Below are positions 26,023 to 37,177 of a stretch of 64,000 bases of DNA, piece by piece. Position 1 is the first letter of the stretch, and the number at the start of each line of letters is the position of its first letter. The DNA is taken from positions 12,125 through 76,124 of the IMG/VR virus record IMGVR_UViG_3300005719_000009; one strand, written 5' to 3'. Under the pieces are notes generated by a model. That model worked only from the letters and a program-made list of their open reading frames with translations, was not told where the DNA came from and ran no database searches. A program made the position numbers and the translations under genes. This DNA is from a virus (Duplodnaviria; Caudoviricetes).

Positions 26023-27544
26023 TCCAAGTATACGTATAACCGCCCTGCTTAACGACTCTTGGCTTACCGGCTGGCAACGGGTGTGATTCCGTTTTTGTCG
26101 CCCCTTTCATTGTCCCGCTTAATTGTTTTTTTGTTTGCCCTTTATACCCCAATGCCAAATATGCCTGATCCAAAGATATCGGCTTACTAAAATCTTCGTC
26201 TATTACCGGATTGCCACTTTCGTCCTTCGCTACGCTTACGCCTATCTTTTTACCGCTTTTATCGTGTTCCTCTTGATATTTATAAAATATCGGCAACACC
26301 TTATCATCCAGCGTAACGAATAACCTATCTGGCTCCTGCCCATTTCTTGACAAAGATTTAGCAACTACTCCATCTAATTGTATTTCATGCGCTCCTTTAA
26401 TTGTAAGTGGATTGTTTGGGTCTTGAAATGTTGTTGGCTGTCCCTGTCTTGCTTCATCAATCCGCTTGCTCCAATAATTATCAACCCACGAATCATTCAA
26501 TTCTGCATCATTTGGATTTAATTTTTTCCTTAATGCTATCAAGTCTTTTGCATCCGCTTGTTTTATTGCCTGCATTTGTTTTTGCCTATTGAACTTCAAA
26601 TCCTCAATGGCCTTTAGATTTTGTCTGAAGGCAGGCGCTACCTCGCGTGGCGCATTGTCAATAGCATACTTCATTGCCTGATATGACGCAAAATTTTCTG
26701 CTTTACTGTCTGGATTTTTAGGCAACAACTCTTGTGGCTCTTGCAACCCTATTTTCTCCCAATATTCCTTTGGCAATGATTGGTATTTTTTTATAGTGCT
26801 TGCAATTTCTTCTTCTGGCAAATGATCCCATTGATATGCAGCATCTCTCCCGGATTGACGCATAGCCATTGCCCCCAACAAATAATCCTTCACCTGACCC
26901 GGAGTGTTCCCATATTCGTGCATTGGTGTTTTAAACTGTAACCCATCATCAACCAACACCTCTTTACCTGCAATCTTTCTCGGAGTACCCACCGCCTCTT
27001 TTATCATTTTACCAAAATCAGTGCTCATCCCTTTATATCTGTAGTCGTCAAAATTAGTCAAGTCCCCATATTCAGGATGATTCCCGACTGCACTTAATGG
27101 CGTATTCATCAAAGTTGCTATTCTTTTCCCATAGTCATCCGCCATTCCATTTGGATTTCGCATAGCCTCAGATACAAGATTTTTTTGCAATTCCTTTAAC
27201 TCTTGACTTTTATTAGAAGCAGAAAACACATTCTGATATGCCCTTTGGGCGGCTTGCTGTAATTGATTATACGCAAGCGGGTCTTTCTGCAAATCTTTAT
27301 TAAATAATAACTGTTGTTTTAACCCTTTATAATCCTGCCATGACTTTATCACTTCAGGAGTATCTACGGCCCGAACCTTGCCTATTTCCTTTTGAATGCT
27401 GGCATCCAAAGCAGCATTTTCTTGCTGTTGCCTAACTTGCCTTATCTTTTGCTCCTGATATAATTGTTGCGCAGCCCGATCTAAATAAGGCGTAGTTACC
27501 GCTACAATATCCCCATACGGAGCGTTGATTCTTTGTGTTGCCAT
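25997..27544 (-). CDS. putative internal virion/ejection protein
   Basis: 515 aa, Q-rich coiled coils, follows the pilot-like gene. Confidence 0.6.
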   Translation of the reverse strand: MATQRINAPYGDIVAVTTPYLDRAAQQLYQEQKIRQVRQQQENAALDASIQKEIGKVRAVDTPEVIKSWQDYKGLKQQLLFNKDLQKDPLAYNQLQQAAQRAYQNVFSASNKSQELKELQKNLVSEAMRNPNGMADDYGKRIATLMNTPLSAVGNHPEYGDLTNFDDYRYKGMSTDFGKMIKEAVGTPRKIAGKEVLVDDGLQFKTPMHEYGNTPGQVKDYLLGAMAMRQSGRDAAYQWDHLPEEEIASTIKKYQSLPKEYWEKIGLQEPQELLPKNPDSKAENFASYQAMKYAIDNAPREVAPAFRQNLKAIEDLKFNRQKQMQAIKQADAKDLIALRKKLNPNDAELNDSWVDNYWSKRIDEARQGQPTTFQDPNNPLTIKGAHEIQLDGVVAKSLSRNGQEPDRLFVTLDDKVLPIFYKYQEEHDKSGKKIGVSVAKDESGNPVIDEDFSKPISLDQAYLALGYKGQTKKQLSGTMKGATKTESHPLPAGKPRVVKQGGYTYTWNEKTGQYE

Positions 27545-27547
27545 TTA

Positions 27548-28267
27548 TTAATACGGATTTTCAAAACCAGAGTAATCTGAACCAGCCCCATATCCATTAT
27601 AATACGTAGGATCGCCTGTTGATCCTGCGTTCATTTTCTTTTGCCCCCCCGCGCCTCCGCCTCCTTGCCCAAACAATAACTGAGCACCACCGCCCAATAA
27701 TCTGTCCGCACCAGACAACAAATTTTGATTTCCCTGCCCGAGTAACCCCATATAGTAATTCTTATCCTCTTGGTATGGCTGCATTTTGTTTACACTAAAA
27801 GCCTTATCTCTGTACTGGGCTGTTTGCGCACCTATGCCATACAGCGTTCTTTGATTTTGCATCCTTGCCTGTGCATCTGCGGCATCTAAGTTCAATGTCG
27901 CATCATTTGATTGACGCGCTAATTTAGGTAGCGCCATTAATGCGGAGCGCCTATCAGCAGCCCCGGCCAATAATGAATTTTGTGTTCTTTGGATGTTCTG
28001 CATAGCATTGTTATACTGCTGAGAAGGCAACCCTTCATTAGCCGATAGCTCTGCCATCTTTTGATTCCGAAGAATCTCCTGCGGTATATCATACTGAGGT
28101 CGGCTTAGTTTTGCCAACTCCTTTTTCGCTTTCCTCCTTTGAAAAAAACCTACCGCCCCAGACAATAGGCCTCCCGCAATGTTTGACGTTGCCTGAGCGA
28201 GACCACCGCCTCCCTGCCCTCCGCCTGAAGAACCCATACTGCTCATTAACATGCTTGCAACTGGCAT
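27548..28267 (-). CDS. putative ejection/pilot protein
   Basis: Gly-rich hydrophobic N-terminus (GGLLSGAVGFF) then Q/A-rich helices. Confidence 0.65.
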   Translation of the reverse strand: MPVASMLMSSMGSSGGGQGGGGLAQATSNIAGGLLSGAVGFFQRRKAKKELAKLSRPQYDIPQEILRNQKMAELSANEGLPSQQYNNAMQNIQRTQNSLLAGAADRRSALMALPKLARQSNDATLNLDAADAQARMQNQRTLYGIGAQTAQYRDKAFSVNKMQPYQEDKNYYMGLLGQGNQNLLSGADRLLGGGAQLLFGQGGGGAGGQKKMNAGSTGDPTYYNGYGAGSDYSGFENPY

Positions 28268-28269
28268 AA

Positions 28270-28662
28270 TTAAATACTTAAAAGTGTTATTAAATTATTC
28301 GACTTTTCCACCCTCATCCCAAATCTTTTTAGAAAATTTATGGCCCTTGTATTAACATTGAAAAGGAAACATTCAAAATGCTCCCCCACGTTGTCTTTAA
28401 TAAATTCAGAAAAAAGAATAAGATTCTCCTTGTTTCTAAATTTCGGATTTAGACAGAAACTTATCAACAGTCGTTCCGAATAAAATACATACCCAATTTC
28501 CGAATTTACAAAAATACATTTCCTATCACGTGAATGTTCAACTATTTTTCTATACACATCTTCAGCCGCCTCTTCTATAGTTGTGACCATACTTGTCGGG
28601 TCGTAGTACCTTAAAAGATCAACATCTTCTTTGAAATGATTGTATATATCTTCTTTCATCAT
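28270..28662 (-). CDS. GNAT-fold virion assembly protein (T7 gp13-like position)
   Basis: NTRAINFLKRFGM acetyltransferase-like motif; between tail tube and ejection genes; ATGA overlap at 28659-28662. Confidence 0.6.
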   Translation of the reverse strand: MMKEDIYNHFKEDVDLLRYYDPTSMVTTIEEAAEDVYRKIVEHSRDRKCIFVNSEIGYVFYSERLLISFCLNPKFRNKENLILFSEFIKDNVGEHFECFLFNVNTRAINFLKRFGMRVEKSNNLITLLSI

Positions 28663-31600
28663 AAATTTCTCGGATCGGCCTTCCACGTTACATATGGCGC
28701 GTATAAATACGAGTCAGTATTTCCAGAATAAGACAACTTGACTATGATAATATTCCCCGTCATATAATCGCCTTCCCATAATGCAACGGCTTCGTCCGAC
28801 ATGCTATTTTGATCTCTATTAAAGGCGGCATATCTACTTGGGTTTTCAAGAATATCAAAATCCTCTTCCATAATCAGGCTTTCCTGCTGAACCAACGTTT
28901 GACTATTTACCCTATTAGTTGCAATATCCCCTTTCGTTGGCGCGGCCCATGTTTTATTACTCTGATAAGAAATGGCATTGAATACCTTCTTTACCGCCTC
29001 CGATTCATTAAACACGACCGTTATGCTTGGCGTATATTGTACTCCAAAAAAATTAGAAACAAATGCATCACTACTTTGCTCCCACAATTCGCCATTCTTA
29101 AACGCATATAATTTGTTTTCTGCACAAATTATACTATCTGCATCAATGTCTATTTTCGAATAAAATGAATTATATGATTCTTCGAAAGCGAAAACCTCAC
29201 CCGGAGCATCTTGCGTACCTTGCGCCAAAAGCAAATATTCGGCAACATTATCCGGTCTTATATTAAACGTTCCAAGCACCTTTTGTTTACCTCCAAATTC
29301 GTAATCTCCCGGATTCAAGTATTTTGGCAGATTGTCAGAAGCCCATGTTTTCACTTTATACAGCTCCGAGAGGTCAGTCATGCCATCCCTCGACAGCCTC
29401 CATATAACGTTTTTAATTGGGTCAACCCCATAATAAACAAAGCCACTTTGCACAACGCTCATCGGCAAAGACCCAACCCCATATTCTCCTGCATAATATT
29501 GGACATTATTTTTCGTAATTATACCATCAGTAGTTACAACTTGATTATTGCCATCATTACTCGCGATATACTTAGAATATATTCCAGTTTGCCCACATTT
29601 TCGTTCTTGGAAAAACGTAAGCACCCTATCCCATACACTCATACGCATAATGCCTCCCTTAGATCGATCCACTGTGTCAAAATTCTCCGGGTAAAACCGG
29701 CTTGTTTGATTGACGTTAGTATCCTCCTGATATGGCATAGACCATCTGTGCATTGTAGGGTATGTTACCCGGTTTGCATTTTCATCAAATATCCACTCCC
29801 TCCCATTTGAGTTTACCGCAGACTGATAATAATCGGAAAAATTCGGGTCAATGCATTTTTGACTTATAACATGGTCAATGGTAAATGTTAATTCTGATGC
29901 CGAAAACGTTATGCTTCTTTTTTTGCTCCCTACGGATGCAGCAATTAAAAATATCCTGTCGTTTTCTAATGTAATAGAACTATTAATTGTAAACGTATGC
30001 GCCCCTTCAGAGGCATCAAACGCCCCTACTAAATTCAATTGATCAGTATATATATTCTGCAAATAAATTCGCCATGCATCACCCCCCGGATTCACTTCCC
30101 CAAAAGTCAGCGTTATTGTTCCTGAAATTTTAAATGTTGTAGAAGCTACTGCCTTTAAAAACCACCGGGAGTCCGCTGGCGGATCAAAGCTGCCGCCTAA
30201 ATTTGCTAAAGGAGCGCTTTGCGCCGTTACATTAGAATCAGTATATGTTGACCCGGTAAAATTCAATCCTATTAAAAACGTATCGCTTTGGCTCCCAGTG
30301 CTGCCTTGCGTTACAGAATATCTATATACATTCCCTGTTTGTATAGCTCTGTTTTTAATGTAAAAATCCCCTTTAAAAAATTCGTACGTAGCCGGTGTGG
30401 CATAATTCGATGTTTGATTTTGAAGCATGCCTTGATGAAATCTATTGCTTAGTGTCGGATTGGCAATGGCATATCTCTGACCAAATTCATAATACAAATT
30501 AAGATTATTTGCTACCGGGCGCGCTGGCGTATAAATCTCAATAAAATAATTATCGTACCCAGTTCCAAAATCAAAAGACCCGTCTGTTGGCGGTAGTATG
30601 ATTTTAATAAATTGACCGGATTTCGCTTCCCCATTTATTGCCGGGTTTATTACTGATGCGACCACTTCATAGTCCCGTACATCGCCATATATATTCGCTG
30701 TTGACCCGTCTCCATTATAACGCTTCATTACCTTTACACGGTCCCCCGGCGTGAACCCATAGGCAAGTGGACTTCCGGGATTTAAATTAACAAACGCATT
30801 CAATGACTCAATACTGAAATATGCGTATTTCACAATCCCCGTTATATCTACTGTATCCTTAAATGTTCTATCTGAAATCCATTGAACAAAAGTTTGCTTA
30901 CTAAGGTCTTTTGTCCGAACCCATTGAAAATAATAAGCCCAATCAGGTGGCTGATGATAAATACTGGCCAAAAAACGCTGAATAAACGGCGACGTAGGAG
31001 ATGCCTCCAAATACGCCAAAGATGTGACAGAAAAACCAGATGTATATACGGCACCATTTGTCCTGTATTTTTCATCAAAATACACAATCGCATAGCCATG
31101 CCTGCTCGACCAATCATACGCGGGGAAAGATGTGTTGATAGTCGAATTGTATGAATAATCTGACAATATATTAGTTCTTGCCAAACTAATTCCGGCCTTA
31201 GAAATATACAAATCATTAGGCCCACTACTTATTATGGTGTACCCTTGCGAAAGAGCGTCTACCCTTAACCCCTCAATCACCGCTGCGGCATCATCCCCGG
31301 TAGAAAGAGAATACGATACCGTTGATCCGTTTGTTAAATAAACCACATAATCATCAAGAGAAGACGATGGGGATTGAACTGTGCCCCTCACAACTATATG
31401 TATAACCCCCGTCCCAAACCCACTTTTCCCGTCTTGATTTGCTATCAAATTACTGAACAATACCCCGCTGTAGTACGGCGTCACATCGGATTGCGTTATG
31501 TTGCTTGTGTTGCCATTAAATGAAAAATCCGTTAAATTAGGGTACCCCTCTGTTACGTTACCGTAATCAAGCGTGTTGCCGTTTAATAGGGCTTGCGCTA

Positions 31601-32558
31601 TACAAGCCTGTGGCACGTAGTCCTGCAACTGATCGCTTTCCGCAATTAAAATATTATTATACCCTTTGTCATTATAGAATAGATATGTTGCTATGTCATT
31701 ATCCGGTATCCCTTCTGCGTCTTTATCAATTGAGGCTATAACATACCAATCACTCATTACATTCCCGAAAGAATGTGCTGCCATTAATTCCACCTTTCTC
31801 ACATTAGCTGGCCCTGTTTGATATGTTATTGCAATCCTACAATTTTTTGTAGGATCGGCATCGGTAGTCTGATCAAATGCATTGTATGGTATTGGCATTT
31901 CACTTTGACTACTTGTTATTGACTTATCGTGATCGTCGAAATCCCACCTTGTTTTAAAGCGAAATATTTTTTTTCTTAAATTATTTACAATACTTGATGC
32001 ATCATTTTCATAAACAACGTACGGCGGTATGTCTGCTGGCTCTTTTGCAACATCTATATAAGATCGCTGTATACTACCATACCCAGAAGCTAATGCCCGA
32101 TCTATGTTTATTTTAGTCGGCCTCCCAATAGAATCTACAAAATACAATATATCCCCCTGCGTACTATCCCCATATATAACATCGATATTGTACAAGATAT
32201 TAGCCGTAAACGCAAGAGGATCGCCGGTTGTATTTATACCTACCTCTATTAACCTTTGAAATGTCTTGGGGATGGTGTTATATACATAAATACCGTGATT
32301 GCCACTTGAATTATAGTTAAAAACATAAATACGCTTTGATATTGTATCGTACTTGTTTCCTATGTTTTTATTCACCCCAACTATAGGAAGTAAAGGGTTG
32401 GCCAAAAGTAAGTTGCCAGCCTTAACCTTTACGCGCCTGTTTGGGGGCACCCCATCAAACTCAACATTCCTTGCATCTCGATGCAATACCTTCCCTATCG
32501 ATTCCAGTGGAGAATCCAAATCAAGTGTGCCTGCTAATTGTTTTAATTCCGTTGGCAT
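28659..32558 (-). CDS. tail tubular/nozzle (stabilisation) protein
   Basis: 1299 aa, beta-rich; N- and C-terminal motifs (DARNV, YGVDP, FFGVQY) typical of podovirus nozzle proteins. Confidence 0.7.
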   Translation of the reverse strand: MPTELKQLAGTLDLDSPLESIGKVLHRDARNVEFDGVPPNRRVKVKAGNLLLANPLLPIVGVNKNIGNKYDTISKRIYVFNYNSSGNHGIYVYNTIPKTFQRLIEVGINTTGDPLAFTANILYNIDVIYGDSTQGDILYFVDSIGRPTKINIDRALASGYGSIQRSYIDVAKEPADIPPYVVYENDASSIVNNLRKKIFRFKTRWDFDDHDKSITSSQSEMPIPYNAFDQTTDADPTKNCRIAITYQTGPANVRKVELMAAHSFGNVMSDWYVIASIDKDAEGIPDNDIATYLFYNDKGYNNILIAESDQLQDYVPQACIAQALLNGNTLDYGNVTEGYPNLTDFSFNGNTSNITQSDVTPYYSGVLFSNLIANQDGKSGFGTGVIHIVVRGTVQSPSSSLDDYVVYLTNGSTVSYSLSTGDDAAAVIEGLRVDALSQGYTIISSGPNDLYISKAGISLARTNILSDYSYNSTINTSFPAYDWSSRHGYAIVYFDEKYRTNGAVYTSGFSVTSLAYLEASPTSPFIQRFLASIYHQPPDWAYYFQWVRTKDLSKQTFVQWISDRTFKDTVDITGIVKYAYFSIESLNAFVNLNPGSPLAYGFTPGDRVKVMKRYNGDGSTANIYGDVRDYEVVASVINPAINGEAKSGQFIKIILPPTDGSFDFGTGYDNYFIEIYTPARPVANNLNLYYEFGQRYAIANPTLSNRFHQGMLQNQTSNYATPATYEFFKGDFYIKNRAIQTGNVYRYSVTQGSTGSQSDTFLIGLNFTGSTYTDSNVTAQSAPLANLGGSFDPPADSRWFLKAVASTTFKISGTITLTFGEVNPGGDAWRIYLQNIYTDQLNLVGAFDASEGAHTFTINSSITLENDRIFLIAASVGSKKRSITFSASELTFTIDHVISQKCIDPNFSDYYQSAVNSNGREWIFDENANRVTYPTMHRWSMPYQEDTNVNQTSRFYPENFDTVDRSKGGIMRMSVWDRVLTFFQERKCGQTGIYSKYIASNDGNNQVVTTDGIITKNNVQYYAGEYGVGSLPMSVVQSGFVYYGVDPIKNVIWRLSRDGMTDLSELYKVKTWASDNLPKYLNPGDYEFGGKQKVLGTFNIRPDNVAEYLLLAQGTQDAPGEVFAFEESYNSFYSKIDIDADSIICAENKLYAFKNGELWEQSSDAFVSNFFGVQYTPSITVVFNESEAVKKVFNAISYQSNKTWAAPTKGDIATNRVNSQTLVQQESLIMEEDFDILENPSRYAAFNRDQNSMSDEAVALWEGDYMTGNIIIVKLSYSGNTDSYLYAPYVTWKADPRNL

Positions 32559-33296
32559 TTATGCTAATAATTTTTGCCCATTAGATTCTCTAATCACGGC
32601 ATTTATATTCTGTAAATTCACTTTCTTCTTCGGCATCCTTCTCCGAGCATTTATCTTTTCTGCTATATATTCATCCCGCGTCCCCTGTTTAGACTTCCAT
32701 TTTATAAATGCGATAACAGCCTCCTGACATGCCGTTAATATTTGATAATCGCCGTTATTTTCAGGGCTACTTATGTATTCAAGGATTATACTATCAAACC
32801 TAAATTCAGGCGAAAGTATAATCAAGTTATTTGCTTCATCCACCTTACACTCACCGTATTGCACAAGCCCACCACCAACACCAAATAATGGCTGATATTG
32901 ACCGTTATAATAATAATTCAAATAATATGGATTATTTAATAATGATGGGAAGGCATCTGTAATGTCAGATGACAGTTTAGATATCCTATTTGGATTTGTA
33001 TCGGCATACGTAGTTATGGCATTATTTATTTTAAGGGTACTAACTTCCCCGTTGTTATTCAAAATTCCTATTTTAACCCATGAAATGTAATCATGTGGGA
33101 ATGCCACGGTTTTATTTCCTCCAACCGGCAATCTCACCGTAATTGTTTCAGCGGTAATATCAAATAATAAATCAACAAGCGCCCTGAACCCGAGAACCCA
33201 CGCTCTATCAAACTCGCCACCAGATTGATTGTTTTCGTCGAGACAGTATGAAACAACTGTTTTCAAAGGAACATACTTTGCTATATCTGTAGGCAT
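32559..33296 (-). CDS. tail ring/adaptor protein
   Basis: VAFPHDYISWVKI motif; one of three 221-245 aa genes after the capsid block. Confidence 0.6.
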   Translation of the reverse strand: MPTDIAKYVPLKTVVSYCLDENNQSGGEFDRAWVLGFRALVDLLFDITAETITVRLPVGGNKTVAFPHDYISWVKIGILNNNGEVSTLKINNAITTYADTNPNRISKLSSDITDAFPSLLNNPYYLNYYYNGQYQPLFGVGGGLVQYGECKVDEANNLIILSPEFRFDSIILEYISSPENNGDYQILTACQEAVIAFIKWKSKQGTRDEYIAEKINARRRMPKKKVNLQNINAVIRESNGQKLLA

Positions 33297-33301
33297 TTAA
33301 T

Positions 33302-33967
33302 TTATGATTTTTGTGTTGTATTACCAGCCCCTATATTATCTTCAATAACATCTTTAGGCATCTTATATCGCTGCGTCAATTTTTGATACGCTAAATTATA
33401 AATGCCTTCTATGGCATCATCTGGCAGATTTAACCGTTCCGTCATAGACGATGTTCGCGTATTCAACATTTCTACATATACTGGCATATCAAATAACGGA
33501 GTTCCATCGTTCGCGGTAATATAAATAGTCTCACCTCTTATTATGGCCTCTGCCCCTGCCGGTCGAGGCATGTTTTTTCTATACCCAGCCCTCTTTGTTT
33601 TTATAAGAGCTATCTCTTGCCCGATGCCATTCGCGGCATTCGCGAAATATACCCTGCTTATGCTATATCCTAATGGTAAAGACACAGGCGGCTGAGGCAA
33701 TGTAGCATACCATTCCCCCGTAACCGCATCTTGAACGAGCGCAGACAAGGCGTATCTTGTCATATATCCATCCGGCACTTCCAATGTTCCCAACACCTTA
33801 GCCCCGGCGTACACTTGCCCTACTGCATTGTAAGCTAATGCCTGATCAATATGCAACAATGCTTCTTTTTCAGAAAACGAAAACTCATCATCTGGGAAAT
33901 CATTTGCAATGTCTTGTCTCAGCCTTTGAACAAGTAACTTTTTTGTATATGGTATTAATGATGCCAT
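33302..33967 (-). CDS. tail ring/adaptor protein
   Basis: size, position and helical N-terminus. Confidence 0.55.
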   Translation of the reverse strand: MASLIPYTKKLLVQRLRQDIANDFPDDEFSFSEKEALLHIDQALAYNAVGQVYAGAKVLGTLEVPDGYMTRYALSALVQDAVTGEWYATLPQPPVSLPLGYSISRVYFANAANGIGQEIALIKTKRAGYRKNMPRPAGAEAIIRGETIYITANDGTPLFDMPVYVEMLNTRTSSMTERLNLPDDAIEGIYNLAYQKLTQRYKMPKDVIEDNIGAGNTTQKS

Positions 33968-34638
33968 TAGTTTCCTGTATTAATTACGCTTTTGCCGTAT
34001 TGAGTAAAGTCATTGTCGTGGTACGAAACACCAAATGAATCAAGTGTTCTTTTGGTTATTTCAAGGATATCTTCTTGCATCCATTGCGGCTGCACACTTG
34101 CCCCGGAACTATACACTTGCCTTCCTGATACTATCGTGTACCCCCAAACTACATCTGTAGGTGTAGCTATGTAGTCTATCTCCGCCTCGGTTACAGTTGA
34201 TGGAAAGAAGGTGTACTTATTTAAGTAAGGCGTATAATAATAACAGTCCTCCGAAATTAATGGCGGATCAATTACATTGTCGTTAACAGTAGCTATCTGG
34301 TTTTTATTTATATGTAAAACGGCTTTGCCATTTATCCTAAGAGCAAGTAAGTATGAAAAATCAGAAGGTTTAGGCCCATCACCAGAAGTTATTGTAATAG
34401 TGTCATTTTTTGTAAATGGCGATAACTTGGTCTCTATTGTTTCGTTTTCAATTAACCCTGTATTCGCCCCCGACTTGCCATTGCTCCGGGCCTGAAATCT
34501 CCCTTTTAAATCCATAAAATACGCCAACTGCTCACTATTCCACGCATAAAAAAACTCAGTAGCCGACACGCTGCCGCTTTGATTTTTTCTTAGTAAGAAT
34601 CTAAGAAACCCATAAAGTTGATCAACATTCCATGCCAT
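33967..34638 (-). CDS. head-tail connector/ring protein
   Basis: KNQSG...EF...WNSEQL; P..P.D..Y.L; Y..P.....W pattern. Confidence 0.6.
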   Translation of the reverse strand: MAWNVDQLYGFLRFLLRKNQSGSVSATEFFYAWNSEQLAYFMDLKGRFQARSNGKSGANTGLIENETIETKLSPFTKNDTITITSGDGPKPSDFSYLLALRINGKAVLHINKNQIATVNDNVIDPPLISEDCYYYTPYLNKYTFFPSTVTEAEIDYIATPTDVVWGYTIVSGRQVYSSGASVQPQWMQEDILEITKRTLDSFGVSYHDNDFTQYGKSVINTGN

Positions 34639-34645
34639 AATAAAG

Positions 34646-34679
34646 AATAAAAGCCTACCACTATAGGATAGGCTTTATT
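34646..34679 (-). terminator. putative intrinsic terminator
   Basis: AAAGCCTA/TAGGCTTT stem with T-rich tail on the - strand. Confidence 0.55.
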
Positions 34680-34702
34680 TTAGATGATATTTATGAAAGA
34701 AC

Positions 34703-35686
34703 TTAATCAAACAACGCCTTCAGTTGAACCGCAAAATCTTCTCCTTCCTGCAATTGCGAGAACTCGAACAATTTTTGCCCAATCGCCTCATTTGATTTCA
34801 TGCCAGAAATATCACAAATCACATTATTGCTACCTCTCCATGTCGCTTTATTAGGATTAAATTTATTTGAAATCAACCCTTCTGTCAACGCCTTTTCAAT
34901 GTAATATTTCATCTCAATGCTCTTATTGCCATAGCTCTCTATAAAATTGGCTGCATTTTTAATTGCTTCCTTCTTATAAAGAACCCGCACTTCTTCTGGT
35001 GTCAATTCGTTTTCAGAATCAAAATCAAAAAGAGGTATTTCAAGATATGATGCATGAATCATCATTTTCTTAACCGTAGCTTCTTTTGCCAGTTGCATTG
35101 CTTTGTCAATCTCTTCGAGTTTTTTATTTTCTTTTGACATTCTCAAAGTAGGATCAACTGACACAAAGATGGCATCTGCCGATCTGGTTCTAAACGGGCT
35201 GTTGGCGTTCCAGCTACAAATATTCAAATACAAAAGCAACATGCGCTCGTCCCCATAACATCCGAACTTGCCTTCAAGAAAATTACGAGGCTTTGTTGAT
35301 TTTATAAATATTTCAATATCCTCCCTCTCCTTTGGTTGCTCGTCTGCAAATATTGAGCTACACCCATCATAATATCTCACTATCCGACGCTGGCCCTTCC
35401 AAATCACTTGCGATGTGAATACTATGTTCTGAAAAGGCTTAAACCGTTTGTGAGGCTCAGGACGGGCTTTCTGCCCAACTATGCCAATTACAGGCAATTC
35501 TCTTTCAATGTTTTCCGTAGCCAACTCAAACACATATTTCTTAAATGGGTCAAATTCCATTCTTAAGTATTCCGCTTCAAGTGGATATCTTTCTTTTTCA
35601 ATTGTTTGCTGTTGAGCTATAGGCGGTGTTGCAGATAGCCGCTTTTTCTCTTTTTTTGGGGCTAACTCTTTATTAGCTTGTGCCAT
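34703..35686 (-). CDS. hypothetical protein downstream of MCP
   Basis: 327 aa, charged. Confidence 0.7.
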   Translation of the reverse strand: MAQANKELAPKKEKKRLSATPPIAQQQTIEKERYPLEAEYLRMEFDPFKKYVFELATENIERELPVIGIVGQKARPEPHKRFKPFQNIVFTSQVIWKGQRRIVRYYDGCSSIFADEQPKEREDIEIFIKSTKPRNFLEGKFGCYGDERMLLLYLNICSWNANSPFRTRSADAIFVSVDPTLRMSKENKKLEEIDKAMQLAKEATVKKMMIHASYLEIPLFDFDSENELTPEEVRVLYKKEAIKNAANFIESYGNKSIEMKYYIEKALTEGLISNKFNPNKATWRGSNNVICDISGMKSNEAIGQKLFEFSQLQEGEDFAVQLKALFD

Positions 35687-35701
35687 ATTTTTAAATTATA
35701 T

Positions 35702-35735
35702 AAGGGGCAATACATGTCATCATGCATTGCCCCTT
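35702..35735 (-). terminator. stem-loop immediately after the MCP stop
   Basis: AAGGGGCAAT/ATTGCCCCTT. Confidence 0.55.
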
Positions 35736-35740
35736 ACGGA

Positions 35741-37147
35741 TTAAGAAATCAAACCTTTTAATATAGAAAATTGCTCGGCTGCTGTTACACGTGATCCAAC
35801 ATATGCGATTTGTTCATATTTGTTAGATGCCTCTGTTGTTTTTGTAGGCTTTGTATAACCTAAATCCCAACTGTAAATACGCTGTGAAGTTGGTATATCC
35901 GGGTTTTGCTGATATACCCATTGCATATAAGGACGCGTAGAACTATCTTTTGCATCCTGTGTCATGCCCTGTGGAACGCCAAACCCGAAGTTTGCCCGAT
36001 AATCGCCTACCGTTGGAGTATACCCGAAAACCGCCTGTGCGGTAAACCCTTTGTAACGGTGAAAGTGGAAGTCAAAAGTATCAGTAGAGAAACTCTTGAA
36101 GCCGTAGCTTACAGAAGCTTCTGCACTTTGCCCTACGCTGCCATAACTTATTGCTCCGTTACGATAAATACCAAACAGCAAGTTGTTTATATCCTGCCGT
36201 TGCTTTAAATCCTGAAGGAAGTGGTATTCACGTGGGCCACCATTCGCATCTAATACATTGGTGAAATTCTGAAAATCGCCAATCATGAAGTTATTTGTCA
36301 CATAATCCACTTCAGAGCCACGTGCAATTACATCAGGCAAAACCCCCACCGTACCAACGGTGCCGGAAATGTTCGCGTAAGGCACCCCTTCCATTACAGC
36401 ATCTTCAATATTCAGCATCATTTGGTCATTCATGGTCTTAACCGCCAAATATGGCAGGTAATAATTACCACCACCAAAATCAATCTGAGTTTTGTTCATG
36501 CCAGCCAAGTCGCTCGCCTTAACAGAAGCACGTGCAACTGTAGCAGTGTTGTCATAACGATACAACTTCTGCTGCTGTGTGCCCTGACTGTCGGACGCCT
36601 CCCCAGCTAACTGATTACCGAAGGTTTCCAGCCCCTCACCAGCCAATACAGTTGTGCCGGTTCCAGAGTGCACAGTATATGCCCCCATTGGGGTAAGCTC
36701 CAATACAAAGGCACTTGTGGTTCGCGTTACATTGGTAACCTTAAACTTCAAACCATTTGAGCGGAATTTTACCGTCTGGTTCAAAAGGAACGGCGATTGT
36801 GTCCCGGCAGTTCCATCATTATAGGATTGGGGGCTTTTAAGTGTCACATTCACAGCAGCACCACTTGCTCCCTGCGCAACAGTTGTAGCCACTAAACCAG
36901 AACCATAAGGACGGCCCTTTTCAAAATGCGAAAAAGTATTAGTAGTTGTATTTGTTTCCTCGATATTGGTTCTGCCCAAAATCTCCATTGCCAACATGTA
37001 CGAGTTGTTACCGTACTTAGCAATAAGACCCGGAATATAATCAGGGATAACAAAATTCAAGTCATTAAAAATACCGGTTGTTAGCCCGAGTGGATAACCC
37101 ACCGGGCCGGGCTGACCGGTTGCGCCTCTTACTATAGCACTTGGCAT
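35741..37147 (-). CDS. major capsid protein
   Basis: 468 aa after a scaffold-like gene, followed by a hairpin; residue pattern of crAss-related Bacteroidota phage MCPs (recalled). Confidence 0.8.
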   Translation of the reverse strand: MPSAIVRGATGQPGPVGYPLGLTTGIFNDLNFVIPDYIPGLIAKYGNNSYMLAMEILGRTNIEETNTTTNTFSHFEKGRPYGSGLVATTVAQGASGAAVNVTLKSPQSYNDGTAGTQSPFLLNQTVKFRSNGLKFKVTNVTRTTSAFVLELTPMGAYTVHSGTGTTVLAGEGLETFGNQLAGEASDSQGTQQQKLYRYDNTATVARASVKASDLAGMNKTQIDFGGGNYYLPYLAVKTMNDQMMLNIEDAVMEGVPYANISGTVGTVGVLPDVIARGSEVDYVTNNFMIGDFQNFTNVLDANGGPREYHFLQDLKQRQDINNLLFGIYRNGAISYGSVGQSAEASVSYGFKSFSTDTFDFHFHRYKGFTAQAVFGYTPTVGDYRANFGFGVPQGMTQDAKDSSTRPYMQWVYQQNPDIPTSQRIYSWDLGYTKPTKTTEASNKYEQIAYVGSRVTAAEQFSILKGLIS

Positions 37148-37177
37148 ATTAAAAAATTAAAAAATTAGGAGTTATTG